This document shows, in pieces, positions 27,574-42,440 of a DNA stretch of 64,000 bases. How positions within the stretch are numbered: the stretch's first letter is position 1; every line of letters starts with the position of its first letter. The notes under the pieces were generated by a model. The model saw only the letters and a list, made by a program, of their open reading frames with translations, had not been told where the DNA came from and ran no database searches. The translations under genes were made by a program, and so were the position numbers. Source of the stretch: Eledone cirrhosa. Taxonomy: Eukaryota. The DNA lies in NCBI GenBank assembly GCA_964016885.1, contig OZ024748.1:38750001-38814000 (forward strand). Reading direction: 5' to 3'.

Positions 27574-27841
27574 TGTAATAAACTGTGTTTTATACCAGAA
27601 TAATAATATTGAATTAATATAGTGTTGTCAGTGTTATGTAATATGGTGTGTGGAGTAGTAGGGGGGCAGTGGTGGTGGCGGTGGGGCAGTGGTGCTGTGT
27701 TGGGGGCAGGGGTGGTATATAGGACACTGGGTGGTGGTGGAGCAGTGGTGGGGTCGGGGGGGTTAAGGATTGTAATGTGTTTAAGGATCTCTTGCAATAT
27801 TTTCATATATTACATCATTTGCACGAATTAGAGAGCGACGA

Positions 27842-27948
<107 letters not shown>

Positions 27949-28285
27949 TATGAATGCATGTATGTGTGAGAGAGTGTGTGTGTATGAATGCATGCATATA
28001 AGAGGGGGAGGGGGTGAATACATTAAAGAACTAAGTGAAAGAGGATCCGGGGTGGTGGGGAGAGAAGGGGGGTGTTTATCTAATATCAATTTCTCTTCCC
28101 GTAATTCGTGAATTAATCTCTGTTGCTGCCAACATTGACCTGGAATAGTTTAATAAAGATTCCTCTTAATATTAACTAATATTATCGGCAAGATTACTGT
28201 CAACCAAATCTTGCAGAGATTAATGCTTAATTAAAACATTAACCTTTTTCATTTCAAACCGACAGTTTATACATATATATATATA

Positions 28286-28359
28286 CAGAGTGTCCCCAAA
28301 ATTGTATACACACTTAAATAGCATTCTAATAAAACGGTGTATACATTTTGGCGGACACC

Positions 28360-28362
<3 letters not shown>
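28286..28362. mobile_element. 77-bp Tc1/mariner-type MITE
   Basis: TA-CAGAGTGTCCCCAAAATTGTATACAC...GTGTATACATTTTGGCGGACACCCTG-TA. Confidence 0.75.
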
Positions 28363-28413
<51 letters not shown>

Positions 28414-28883
28414 TGCAACTCGATATCAAGTAATGCCATCGCTTGATACTCAAGCTTGAGCATCATAGACGTGGCATTTTAGTCCAGCTAGGGACTTGCC
28501 TATGGCCAGCAATGTTATGCATCGCAAAAAGTGTCACATATCAAGCAATGCTTCTGCTTGAAGCTTTTTAAAGTGAGGAAAGGTTTTGCTCGGGTTCAAT
28601 TCCCCCTCTCCGAACATCGAATGCATTTTTCCAAAAAGAAGAACTCGTCTACATCATTGGATGCAAACGAAGTCGCAGGTTTTTATATCAGAGTGGCCTT
28701 CTCCCAGACAGATGTCTTAATGAAGACTGGGGTGTCTCGCTCCACTAAAAAAATGTATATATATATATGATTCCAGTTCCTCAGAAGAATAACAACACAA
28801 CCAGGAGCTGGACATATCGATGTATTGACGGAGTAAAACACACTTCAACAACATGTGTACCTGTCTTTCCCACACCAATTCGG

Positions 28884-28938
28884 ACTGCCTGAAGAGGTCA
28901 CAGCCAATGATGGCTGTCACCGAAATATATATAGCAGT
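28884..28938 (+). ncRNA. Minimal type I hammerhead ribozyme
   Basis: ACTGC-CTGAAGA-GGTCACAGCCA-ATGA-TGGCTGTCACC-GAAA-TATATA-TA-GCAGT. Confidence 0.9.
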
Positions 28939-29086
28939 ATATCTATAATTTGTAATAAACGAAGCCAAATTTGACATATTTGACTTAATTATTTTACATT
29001 ACTCCGGAGTAAACAAACCAACCTGCGTACTTCGTCGAGTGCTCCAATCTGCATACTGGGGTGTCGGTTAACAACCAACATATACT

Positions 29087-29130
<44 letters not shown>

Positions 29131-30330
29131 AGAGGAATTGGTAAAACTAAAGCTAAGTTGCCGAACACTGGAAACAAACATAGACCCACGTGTCTGTGGT
29201 AGCCGAACACTTTAACCACTAACCCATAACTGTCTTATTAAAGCTCATACTATTATAATTAAGTCGTAAAATATGTCCGTTGAGAATCTCATAAATCAAC
29301 AACTTCACATTCTTTGTATATGTACTGTGGTGGTGGTGATGGTGGTGGTGGTGATGGTGGTAGTGTGGTGGTCTGGTGGTGGTGGTAGTAGTGGTGGTTG
29401 TGGTTGTGGTAGTGTGGTGGTTGTGGTAGTGTGGTGTGGTGGTGTGGTGGTAGTAGTGGTGTGATGGTGGTAGTACTGTGGTGGTGGTAGTGTGGTGGTG
29501 TGGTGGTGGTAGTAGTGGTGGTTGTGGTTGTGGTAATGATATTTAATCTGGGTACAAGGCCAATAGTTTGTGGCAAGGGTAAAGTCGACGACCACGTCAA
29601 CCCCAGTACATGACTGGTTACTTTATTTTATCTAATTTTATTTGACTCCTAGTAGCTAACTGGTGAAGGTGGCTTAGTAGTGAGCGAGTTCAATTCCTAG
29701 AACAAGACATTTTATTTTATGTTGTTCTTTCTGCCAGTTGTGACCGGAAGATTGCATCATGGAAAGATCAATGGAAATATTGTTTCCTTAATCAGATTTA
29801 ACTAGTTCCACCCCAGTCGATAAAGATATGGGATCTTATCGATCGAATTTTTAAAAAAAAACCTGATTGGTACTTTATTATATCGATCCTGGGAGGTTAA
29901 AATATAAAGTTGACCTGGGCAGGATTTGAACTGAAATGTAAAGAGATGCCACTAAATACCATACAATAGTATATCTAATACACTAATGGCTACCAACAAA
30001 CAACAAACATACATCTTGGCTTCCTAGTAATGTAAGAATTAATTATTATTCTTTGAGAGAAGAATTTTATCAAAATATTGACGCCAACATTTGTCTCAGG
30101 CTTCTAACCTAATTAAGAAATTACTATTTTGTCATGGTTACCGCTGTTGATGATGATGATGATGACAGCGACGATGGCGATGAAGATAATGATGATGATA
30201 TTTATCATTATGACGATAAGGCGGAGGAAGGAGAGGGGGAGAGGAGGGGGAGAAACGGGAAGCGGGAGGGAGATAATGTCGCGATCCAAATTTTTTTTAT
30301 AATGGCCTTGATTCGTGTTTTGACAAAATG

Positions 30331-30403
<73 letters not shown>

Positions 30404-30407
<4 letters not shown>

Positions 30408-30870
30408 GGAAAAAATGAAACGAAATTTCATTTCTCACTCTTAGTACGGCTGTTACTTAAATATAAGTATGTATACGTACATACATATATGTATACGGAC
30501 GTACAGTAGTATGTATATATATATATACACACATATATATATGTACGTATGGATTCACCGAACATTTATTATAATGCTCGGTGTGTTTGTAAACAAACAT
30601 CCCGAATTAAGTATATACTTTCAGACGTACAATCATCTGGCAGGAAGGTATACGTTGCTGACGATAGCTAATAAGCTTGAAACTAGTACAGCGTTCCTTT
30701 GTCAGTTTTGAACAAATGAGCAACGATGGTTGCTAGACACTGTACGGCTTAATTCGGGATGTTTGTTTACAAACACACCGAGCATTATAATAAATGTTCG
30801 GTGAATCCATACGTACATATATATGTGTGTGCATGTATGTATATATATATACATACTACTGTACGTCTGT

Positions 30871-30875
<5 letters not shown>
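30404..30875. mobile_element. Inverted PLE-type terminal repeat pair with hammerhead
   Basis: 30485-30612 is the reverse complement of 30747-30875; the tail lies on the left arm. Confidence 0.85.
30653..30693 (+). ncRNA. Minimal type I hammerhead ribozyme
   Basis: CGTTG-CTGACGA-TAGCT-AATA-AGCTT-GAAA-CTAG-TA-CAGCG. Confidence 0.85.
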
Positions 30876-30929
<54 letters not shown>

Positions 30930-30930
<1 letters not shown>

Positions 30931-31898
30931 TAGAAGCAGTACCCAGCGTTGCCTGGGTAGGTAAAATAATATCTGCTTTGATGACTCATCTATGGCCACA
31001 CACAGGCCATGCGGGGGATGGTGGTGATGACATCTATCACTGAGAAACGCGGGTGACTGACGAAGAGGCATGCTGGGGGAGAGGTAATGACTTCTAACAC
31101 TAAGCCAAATTTCCTCACGCTACTTGATTGGAAACCGATGTATTCTCAAATACACAACTAAAAGCTCAGACGACGTCAGTGGCCATCGTTTTGCCTTTGA
31201 CCATCTATAAGATGTGCAATAATAGGTCCTATCGTAGTATAAAGTTGAACCAAATAAATTGATTTATGTGTGAGCTGGAGCCGAAGTCTCGAATTTGAAC
31301 GAAATCGATTGAAAAATGTGGGAGCTAGAGTCGAAAAAGCGGAAATTTGAGGCGAAAAGGTGGTATTTTCGAATATTTAAGCGGCTGCCACGCCGTTCCT
31401 GAACAAAAAATCTAAAATGTAAAGTCACTTTAAGACGTGAAATCATTAGATCTAGCGTAGTGTAAAATTTCAACAAAGTAGGTTGATTAATGTGGGAGCT
31501 AGAGCTGAAAAAGTGGAAATTTGAGTCTAAAAGTGGTATTTTTGAATATTTAAACGGCTGCCACGCCGTCCCTAAACAGCAAATGCAAAATATAAAGGCA
31601 TTACAGGATGTGCAATGATAAATTCTATTTTGCTTTAAATTTGAACGAAATCGAATGCAAAATGTGGGAGCTATTTATCGATACCTAAAAAAAGGTGATC
31701 CACCCCCTATCGATTTTTTTCTGCAGAATGACCCCAGAATAAAAAAAAAACGATACGCTGATATATAGAAAACATTCCCCGATGACTAATCTATGAGCCT
31801 GTAAAGTTTCATGAAAATCGGTCGTAAGATGTAGGCCCCTATAGGTAATACACAGACACACAGACACACACACATACTTAATTTTATATATATACAGA
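30930..31898 (-). mobile_element. Non-autonomous Helitron
   Basis: Minus strand starts TC, ends with hairpin ACCCAGGCAACGCTGGGT then CTAG; A/T target; internal ~180-bp subrepeats. Confidence 0.8.
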
Positions 31899-31912
31899 TA
31901 TATATATATATG

Positions 31913-31973
<61 letters not shown>

Positions 31974-32072
31974 GTGTGTGCGTGTGTGTGTGTGTGTGTG
32001 TCTGCACAGACATATATATATATATGTTTGTATGTATGTATCTGTGTGTGTGTATATATGTATATGTATCTG

Positions 32073-32113
<41 letters not shown>

Positions 32114-32164
32114 TTATATGTATGTGCACATGCATATATCTGTCTATGTGTGTATATATATAGA

Positions 32165-32608
32165 TGTTTCTTTATTAGCCACAGGGGCACAAAAGAAGGG
32201 GACAAATACAAAGGGGGAAGTTTACCTACAATAAAAACGTTAAAAAATTAATCGATTTTCCCCAATAGGGGGAGACATTACATGTGGGTAACACATATCA
32301 CCGAAAAAATGTGCCACCCTCATCTCCGGGAGTACGAAGAGTTTGTACCCCATTCCTCTCTTCCTCAACCTACAGGCTGATATAGAGAGAAGGCCCATTC
32401 ACTCGGGCCATTCTCGCCACTTTCACCCACCTTTCATAAAACTTGCTGGGGTACAACACCTCTCTCTCCATCCTGATTCTTCTTCCAAAGTGGTATTTGA
32501 AAAATAGAATCAATTGTTGGCCGGAGAGAAAGGTGTCTGACCTCAGCCCTTTTAACCTCGTCCACCATACAATCTCTTTCGCCATAGCTATCACAAAGGA
32601 AAACCGCC
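32165..32608 (-). mobile_element. 5'-truncated Tx1-like LINE 3' end
   Basis: Encodes KEIVWWTRLKGLRS..YHFGRRIRMEREVL..ARMARVNGPSLY; (GATA)n near the 5' junction. Confidence 0.92.
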
Positions 32609-32907
32609 TATATATATATATATATAGATAGATAGATAGATATATGCGTATGTATATCAGTATATGCGTGTGTGTGTACATATGATATACACTGCATGGT
32701 GATGTAGTGTTTTTCCTACATGTTTAGTATAGTTTGCTATTATATATTTTGTTTATATTTTGTATGTTCTGTTGTTAGGAAGTCTATATTACACTTTGAT
32801 GTTTGGAAGTTGTGATAAGTCAAAAGACTTATTTTAAAATGTTTCTCTCTCACACCAATCTGGGTCACATCGTATAGAAGACATATATATATATATATAA
32901 TATATAT

Positions 32908-32952
<45 letters not shown>

Positions 32953-33166
32953 TATATATATATACATACATACATATACATATATATATATGTGTATATA
33001 TGTGTGTGTGAGAAAGATATATAATACTTATATACACATAATACATATGTAAATATATGTAAATATATGTATACATATATGTATACATATATGTATACAT
33101 ATATATATATATATGTGTGTGTATGTGTGTGTATATATATTTATGTTTATATATATATAAACATAA

Positions 33167-33250
<84 letters not shown>

Positions 33251-33263
33251 GTATATACATATA

Positions 33264-33294
<31 letters not shown>

Positions 33295-33394
33295 TTTTAT
33301 GTTTATATATATATATATATATATGTTTATAAATAAATATGTATATATATAAATGTATAGATATACAGAAATACACACACACATATATATATAC

Positions 33395-33442
<48 letters not shown>

Positions 33443-33581
33443 GCCTACACACACAGGGTTAGGTTATGTGTAGCTAAGTAATTGTGTGTAACTGTAAAGA
33501 TGTGTGTGTGTTTGCTATTTAATACTCTTACATCAGTATGTGTGTATAGGTTTGTTTTTGCCATAACTGTCTGTAGTAATT

Positions 33582-33965
33582 ATTTCTACTATTGGCACAA
33601 GACCAGAAATTACCCAGTGCATTACTGGTACTTTATTTTATCGACCCCGTAAGGATGAAAGCCAAAGTTAACCTCGGCGGGATTTGAACTCAGAATGGCA
33701 AGGGCCGTAACTCTATGCGTCAAAGCATGGCGTCCGACTCTCTACCGATACTGCCAGTCCACCGCCCTATATATAACTGTCTGTAATAATTATTTCTACT
33801 TTTGACACAAGGCCAGCAAATACCCAGTGCATTACTGGTACTTTATTTTATCGACCCCGCAAGGATGAAAGGCAAAGTCAACCTCGGCGAGATTTGAACT
33901 CAGATCGTAAAGGGACGTAACTATGCTGGAAAGCATGGCGTCCGACCCTCTACTGATACTGCCAA
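33582..33965 (-). mobile_element. Two tandem SINE family 1 copies
   Basis: Two ~185-bp units, each preceded by ATAACTGTCTGTA(G/A)TAATTATTTCTAC. Confidence 0.9.
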
Positions 33966-34024
33966 ATGAGTGTGTATATGTTTGTTAATGTCTGCACATG
34001 CCTCTCTCTCTCTCTCTCTCTCCC

Positions 34025-34071
<47 letters not shown>

Positions 34072-34119
34072 CCCTCTATCTATCTATCTCTTTCTCTCTT
34101 TCACTTTCTTTCTCTCTGT

Positions 34120-34163
<44 letters not shown>

Positions 34164-34246
34164 ATATATATTTATATATATATATGTGTGTGTGTGTGTA
34201 TGTATATATGTGTGTGTGTGTATATCTGTGTGTGTGTGTATATATA

Positions 34247-34313
<67 letters not shown>

Positions 34314-34638
34314 TGTATGTATGTAGATATGTGGAAGTTGTTAGCGTTCCAGACGTTATCTGTCGTCACAGCTGATGCAAGCGGGTGGCAATACTTTTGA
34401 TACGGGTGGGGGGGGGGGAGGTGGAGGGGGTATACTTACTTTGTATGTTTGTGTTTATCTATTTATTACATACAGCCTGATAATTCTCTCTCTGTATATA
34501 ATAACCATCTACTCTCGTGGTGTAAATATGTGTATTACATCTCTCTCTCTCTCTATATATATATATATCTCCACTCTGCTTCTTCCCATGCATAGGGTAC
34601 TTCCTTGATTGCGGTCTTCCCGGTCTCAGCACCGACAC

Positions 34639-34713
<75 letters not shown>

Positions 34714-34891
34714 GTGGAAAAGTGAAGAATAACATAGTCGAAAATAGGTAGCCAGTGTGAGAATGTTACCTGGCCAGGTCTCTGAGGAGTGACTCATCCT
34801 TTAACCTGTTAACTAATTTTATTAAACCTGTTGCTCATCCAAACTTTATTTATGTAACTTTCTCTTTATCTGCATATCTTCTACCTACTAG

Positions 34892-34948
<57 letters not shown>

Positions 34949-34952
34949 ATAT

Positions 34953-35265
34953 AATATAATATAAAAAACGAAAAATCAGTGATGCATCTAGACTCAGTTT
35001 ATTGCGTGTTACTATTGTTTCGCCGGCAGATAGCTCGAGACATGATCACTGTATGGATCTGCCTGATTAACTGCGGGCTCTTCGCAGATCCATACAGTGA
35101 TCATGTCTCGAGCTCTCTGCCGGCGAAACAATAGTAACACGCAATAAACCGAGTCTAGATGCATCACTGATTTTTCGTTTTTTATATTATATTACACTCT
35201 GCTCTGTAAGATCATAGAGTGCTCAACTGGCATACCGCCTATAGAAGCACCATAGTTATCATTAA
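34953..35265. mobile_element. Hairpin (about 105-bp arms) plus 70-nt tail with the 3' half of a hammerhead
   Basis: Near-perfect inverted repeat; GCAGA...TCTGC-CGGC-GAAAC-AATA-GTA. Confidence 0.8.
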
Positions 35266-35319
<54 letters not shown>

Positions 35320-35532
35320 GAATGGTTGCCAAACTCATATATGCATCTGTGACTATGTCTAATTATATATATATACCTTTTGAATTTATATATATATATA
35401 TAAAATTTTATGATTATATACATATAAACTAGACAAAGCCATATATATACATATATATGTTTTTGGCAACCATTCACGGTGTGGCTCAATGAAGAATTAA
35501 TTAAATAATTAATAATCAGAGCAATATATAAC

Positions 35533-36102
35533 AAAGTAAGTCCATAGAATCATTAGATAAAATATATACAGTATTTCTTCTCCCAATCAGCATAAATCAA
35601 CCACAAATCATTTAAACGAGGCTATAAGTTTAAAATGTACTTATGAAGAAACAATAGATAAATTATATAGCTTCTTCTCCGCGACTTATAGCTACAAAAA
35701 ATTTACCTAATATTTCTAATATCCTGTAGAAATTGACTAGACATATATTTAGGTACAAAATCAAGGTTCAAAGAAAAAATGTACATACACCTTACTAAAA
35801 TCATATCTCTACCCCCGCCGGTTTCATACCATTTTTGCATATATCCGATCTTGGATAAATCAACGAGGTTTGGAAATCGTCAGGAGATAACTCAATTGGA
35901 CAAAGATTTTTCTACCATGATCCCACCAGAAACGAATCCAAAATGGCTAAGAATCATGACGTGGCCAGTAGTCTATCTATTGTTTCTTCATAAGTACATT
36001 CTAAACTTATAGCCTCGTTTAAATGATTTTTTGTGTGATTGATTTATGCTGATTGGGAGAAGAAATACTCTATATATTTTATCTAATGATTCTATGGACT
36101 TA

Positions 36103-36107
<5 letters not shown>
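35533..36107. mobile_element. About 135-bp inverted repeats around a hammerhead-containing spacer
   Basis: AAAGTAAGTCCATAGAATC... and ...GATTCTATGGACTTACTTT; a third fragment lies at 36883-36942. Confidence 0.8.
35804..35889 (-). ncRNA. Type I hammerhead, long degenerate stem II
   Basis: Minus strand TATCTC-CTGACGA-...-GAAACC-GGCGGG-GGTA-GAGATA; perfect 6-bp stem I. Confidence 0.7.
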
Positions 36108-36155
<48 letters not shown>

Positions 36156-36159
<4 letters not shown>

Positions 36160-36299
36160 GTGGTTACACAACAGTTAGTTCACCATAAGGTGAAACAATT
36201 GTTCTCGGTATGGTGAACTATCTGTTGTGTAACCACTTCTACCTAACTCGTCCCATGGACTGAGTGCTCTACCACTACGGATATTAACTTCCAGTGTTC

Positions 36300-36305
<6 letters not shown>
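36156..36305. mobile_element. Shorter copy of the 11083-11284 hairpin-plus-tail element
   Basis: Same left start and same 3' tail, shorter centre. Confidence 0.85.
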
Positions 36306-36352
<47 letters not shown>

Positions 36353-36456
36353 GCAAGTTTCAAGAATTATTAGATAATATATATATATATAATATAATAA
36401 TTCTTCATACTTGCAATTTTATATATATTTATATATATATATATATATAGTAATAA

Positions 36457-36640
36457 TTGTTTCTACTTTTGGCACAAGGCCAGCAATTACCCAGTACATT
36501 TCTGGTACTTTATTTTATCGACCCCGTAAGGATGAAAGGCAATGTTAACCTTAGAGGGATTTGAACTCAGTCCGTAAAGGGACGTAACTCTATGCTAGAA
36601 AGCATGGCGTCCGACCCTCTACTGATACTGCCAATCCAAT
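36457..36640 (-). mobile_element. SINE family 1
   Basis: Colinear with the other copies. Confidence 0.9.
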
Positions 36641-36846
36641 AGTAATAATAATGAATTTGAAGACTAAAATCCAAAGAGGGCTCGATAAGGATAAATATAT
36701 ATCAAATATATGAGAACCGTAGAGCAAATATTTATTAAAATAACAGATTAAAGTTTAAGCAAACTAACCATAGTTAGTTTCAGAAGATCCCGTTAAGGGT
36801 GAAAGCAGCGATTCTTTGCTTAAACTTTAATCTGTTATTTTAATAA

Positions 36847-36887
<41 letters not shown>

Positions 36888-37070
36888 TAAGTCCATAGAA
36901 TAATTAGATGAAATATATATAGTATTTCTTCTCCCAATCAGCTTAAATAGTGTATATATATATATATATATATATATATTGCAATTTTATATATATATAT
37001 ATATATACACTTATATACATATATACACGCACACATATATATATATATATATATAAACACACACACACAC

Positions 37071-37105
<35 letters not shown>

Positions 37106-37552
37106 TGTACCTTGTCATCATCATTATCACCATCATCACCATCGCCACCACCATCATCATCACCACCATCACCACGACTACCATAATCATCCTCATCACC
37201 ACCACCCACACCACACCATCATCATCATCACCCCCACCCCCACCCTCACCACCGCCATCATCATCATCATCATCATCACCATCACCCTCACCACCACCAC
37301 CATGATCACCACCATCATCATCATCAGTAGTAATAACAGTAGTAATAAAACCACCTGTGACATCATCTCGGCCGTCAATGTTGTTGTTATTGTTGTTATT
37401 GTTAGTGTCTTCCCATTTAAAGAAAGAAATATCAGATTTGAGGGACATTTGGCTGCTATTTCTTTTACCAGGTAGAAGATACATTGATTATATATATTTC
37501 ATAATGATGTAACTTAGAATTATAAATTTCTAGATGAAACATAAGTAGATAC

Positions 37553-38307
37553 GTATAGACTTACTATAGACTAATAGAGTATTATAGACCTACTATAGAC
37601 TAATACAGTACTAAAGACTCACTATAGACTAATAGAGTAGTATAGACTTACTATAGACTATAGTACGTCTATATCACTCTATTAGACTAATAGAGTACTA
37701 AAGACTCACTATGGATTAATAGAGTACTATAGACTTACTATAGACTAATAGAGTGATATAGACGTACTATAGACTAATAGAGTACTATAGACTTACTATA
37801 GACTAATAGAGTACTATAGACTAATAGAGTACTATAGACTATATATGGACTAATAGAGTACTATAGACTAATAGAGTGATATAGACTTACTATAGACTAA
37901 TAGAGTACTATAGACTTACTATGGATTAATAGAGTACTATAGACTTACTCTAGACTAATAGAATACTATAGACTTACTATAGACTAATAGAGTACTAAAG
38001 ACTCACTATGGATTAATAGAGTACTATAGACTTAATATAGACTAATGGAGTACTACAGACCTGCTATAGAATAATAGAGTACTATAGACTTACTATAGAC
38101 TAATAGAGTACTATATACTTACTATAGACTAATAGAGTACTATAAACTTACTATAGACTACTATAGATAATATAGACTAATAGAGTACTATAGACTTACT
38201 ATAGACTAATAGACTACTATAGACTTACTATAGACTAATAGAGTACTATAGACTAATAGTGATATAGACTTACTATAGACTAATAGTGATATAGACTTAC
38301 TATAGAC
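37553..38307. repeat. 29/18-bp minisatellite TATAGACTTACTATAGACTAATAGAGTAC
   Basis: About 27 units. Confidence 0.93.
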
Positions 38308-38627
38308 CCGAGAACTAGTGACTGGCTGCGATAGGATTAGATTCGAAACAGGTTTTTTAATATTTAGAATTTTTGAATGTCGTAGTTAGATAAGGGTGGG
38401 GAACCATCCTTGACATCTATGTCCCCAGGGTGCAGTGGAGCGGGTTGGTATTAAAGGAAAAAGGAAGTTATCCTTAAACCGGAGATCTGCTCTGAATCCT
38501 CACAATAGTTTCAACTCTTCTAAAGTTATTTCTGTGCCAAGTGCTGGAAATTTGACAAATTCTACACTGAATCACTTAATATTCCCACATAGAATATGTT
38601 TCTATTTATGTATAGTCTCTGTATGTC

Positions 38628-38757
<130 letters not shown>

Positions 38758-38758
38758 A

Positions 38759-39266
38759 TCTATATAGGTAAATGGCAATTTCTGTCTGTTTGTGAACCTA
38801 AAACTCAAAATCTACCAAACCGATCTTGATAAAACTTGACACGTGCATGGGGCTCATGCCCATTTAATTTCTTACGTATATTTCATTTTAATCAAAGGGT
38901 TTCCCGGGGGTTCAAACCCCGTTTAATTTTTTCCCTTCGATTTATATGAAATTTAAACCATAGGTAAATGAGAAGATATGATGCTTATTCACAAAATTTC
39001 AGCAAATTTCAATAATATTAAGACACCCTAATGGGGGTTCTATTTGTTTCCTTATAGCAACACTCAACTTCTCTGACAAACAGTTTTTCGCCTGACCAAT
39101 GTAATCAGCAATATTTGTTTGTATTATTGTTTTGTAAATGAATTTGTCTTCGCTTTTGATTATCTCTCCTATATTTTAATTTCATTTTTGGTCTGAGAGG
39201 CATTGGGCATTTTAATGGCAACTGAGAATCGCCCCGCTCCCGGGTATTACCGGGTACCTCAGCTAG
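38759..39266 (+). mobile_element. Non-autonomous Helitron
   Basis: A|TCTATATAGG..CTGTCTGTTTG start; hairpin CCCGGGTATTACCGGG then CTAG|T. Confidence 0.8.
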
Positions 39267-39331
39267 TATATATACATATATACATACGTATACACTCAGT
39301 GGTTGACTCCGTATTTCGTCACAAGGGCTCA

Positions 39332-39374
<43 letters not shown>

Positions 39375-39787
39375 GCTCTCTCCCCGTCTCTCCCCTCTCT
39401 CTCTCTCCCTCTCTGTCTCTCTTTCTCTTCCTCGCCCTCTCTCTCTCTCTCTCTCTACCCATCCCCCCTCTCTCCACCTCTCTGTCTCTCCCCCTCCTCT
39501 CTCTACCCATCCCCCCTCTCTCCACCTCTCTGTCTCTCCCCCTCCTCTCTCTCTCTCTCTCTTCCTATCTCTCCCTCCCTCTCTCCCTCTCCCTCTCTCT
39601 TTTCCCCTCTCTCCCCCTCTCTCTATTCCTCTCCCTCCCTCCCCCATCTCTCTCTCCTGTTATCCAACAGTCTAGATTCTTTTGTCTTCTCGATCCATTC
39701 TCTTTGTTACTCTTATTATTTTTGTTATGATTTTTGTTGTTGTTGTTATTGTCATTGAAGTTTATTGTGGAGATTAGTGTTAGTTTA

Positions 39788-39853
<66 letters not shown>

Positions 39854-40048
39854 CATACATACATACATACACATATATATGTGTGTGTGTATATATATAT
39901 GAGTGTGTATGTATTTATTTATATATATGTATATGTGTGTGTGCGTGTATGTATAAATATATATATATATCTAGAGAGAGAGAGAGAGCAAGGGGGATAG
40001 AGACATATATACATTCATACATACATATATTACATATATTATACACAT

Positions 40049-40083
<35 letters not shown>

Positions 40084-40602
40084 CATACACACGAGGTTTG
40101 TCCCCAAAGTACGGGTATTGATTAGGCACGACTTTGTGTGATTGTGTTTTTACAGCAACTGAGCTAATACAAATATTATGAGACATCGGGTTCTTAACAT
40201 AATCACTAGACTAATAACATCGGGTTACATACATTGTGTGTATATATATGTGTGTGTGTGTGAGTGTGTGTGTGTATATGTATGTATATATATGTGTACG
40301 TTTATATATATATATATATATATATATGCATATATATGTATATTATTCGGATTATTTTGTCCCAGTTAGTCATAGAGCAACAACGGTTGAGGTTGGCACC
40401 ACAAATTCAGGGCTATATGTGGATATATTCATGTACATGTATGTGTTCGCATGTTGAGGGTTGGCGGACCCAGCATATTTATCAATGCCAGGGCCAGTTG
40501 TATCTCAGCGTACTCCATGGGCAATGTAAGATACATTCCCAGAGTATACACATAGTTATTTGCTTCAATACAACACACGTATAACGGGTGCCTAAAATGG
40601 TT

Positions 40603-40711
40603 CCCGGACTCGAGTTTCTGCCGCACTAATGCTGCAGTAAGGTGCACTGCACCATTGTCTGCATATATTATGCAACAATGCACACTCGGCTTATGCAGCT
40701 TCATCAGCGGG
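40603..40711 (-). ncRNA. Type I hammerhead with branched ~80-nt stem II
   Basis: Minus strand CCCG-CTGATGA-A-GCTGCAT...GTGCGGC-A-GAAA-CTCGAG-TC-CGGG, inside a ~400-bp island between (TA)n tracts. Confidence 0.8.
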
Positions 40712-40754
40712 TATCGCCTAATCAATAACCAATCGATCGACATAATCCTATATT

Positions 40755-41551
<797 letters not shown>

Positions 41552-41772
41552 ATGTCAATAAATTCCTGTATATATGTGTGTGTGTGTGTGTCAATAAATT
41601 CCTGTATATATGTGTGTGTGTTTGTGTATGTCAATAAATTCCTGTATATATGTGTGTGTGTGTGTGTGTGTATGTCAATAAATTCCTGTATGTATGTGTG
41701 TGTGAGTGTGTGTATGTCAATAAATTCTTGTATGTATGTATATGTATGTGTGTATACATATAAAAGTATCTA

Positions 41773-41831
<59 letters not shown>

Positions 41832-42241
41832 TGTGTGTGTAGTATCTAGGAATATTCCAGATAAAATCAATATTAGGGTCTTGGCGTTCGTTGGAAATAT
41901 TTGGTCAGCTTTAGAATCGTTTTGTTATTGCTGAAAGACAGAATATTTTACCTTATTGGATAATAGTGAGAATTACAGCTCCGGTTGGGTGGAAATATGG
42001 TAAACACACATACACACACAGATACACACACTCACACATACACACGCAGATACAGACACACACATACATACACTTACACACTCAAGCACATACATACACT
42101 TACACAGTCAAACACATATACATACACACACATACACACTCACTCTCTCTCTCTCACACACACACAAACACACGCGTGTGTGAATATAATGTAGGTTATT
42201 CAGTATTTTATATGGAATAAAAACATTTTAATAAAAACATT

Positions 42242-42302
<61 letters not shown>

Positions 42303-42303
<1 letters not shown>

Positions 42304-42440
42304 GTTATTCCGGGTTGAATCGGAGGTAACCACAGTAAGTAAGGTACTCAATACATTGCAGAGTATAACAGTTTTAATATAGATGAGATTCTAAAGAATG
42401 AAACAGTTCTAGTCCTGTAGAATCTCATCTATATTAAAAC
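42303..42440. mobile_element. Hairpin-plus-tail fragment (same family as 57062-57225 and 48705-48775)
   Basis: GTTTTAATATAGATGAGATTCTA / TAGAATCTCATCTATATTAAAAC; shared GAATGAAACAGTTCTAGTCCTGTAGAA and GTACTCAATAC tail. Confidence 0.75.

Noticed and set aside
28410-28750. Possible Tc1 transposase N-terminal remnant on the minus strand
   Set aside because: Too degenerate to assign by eye
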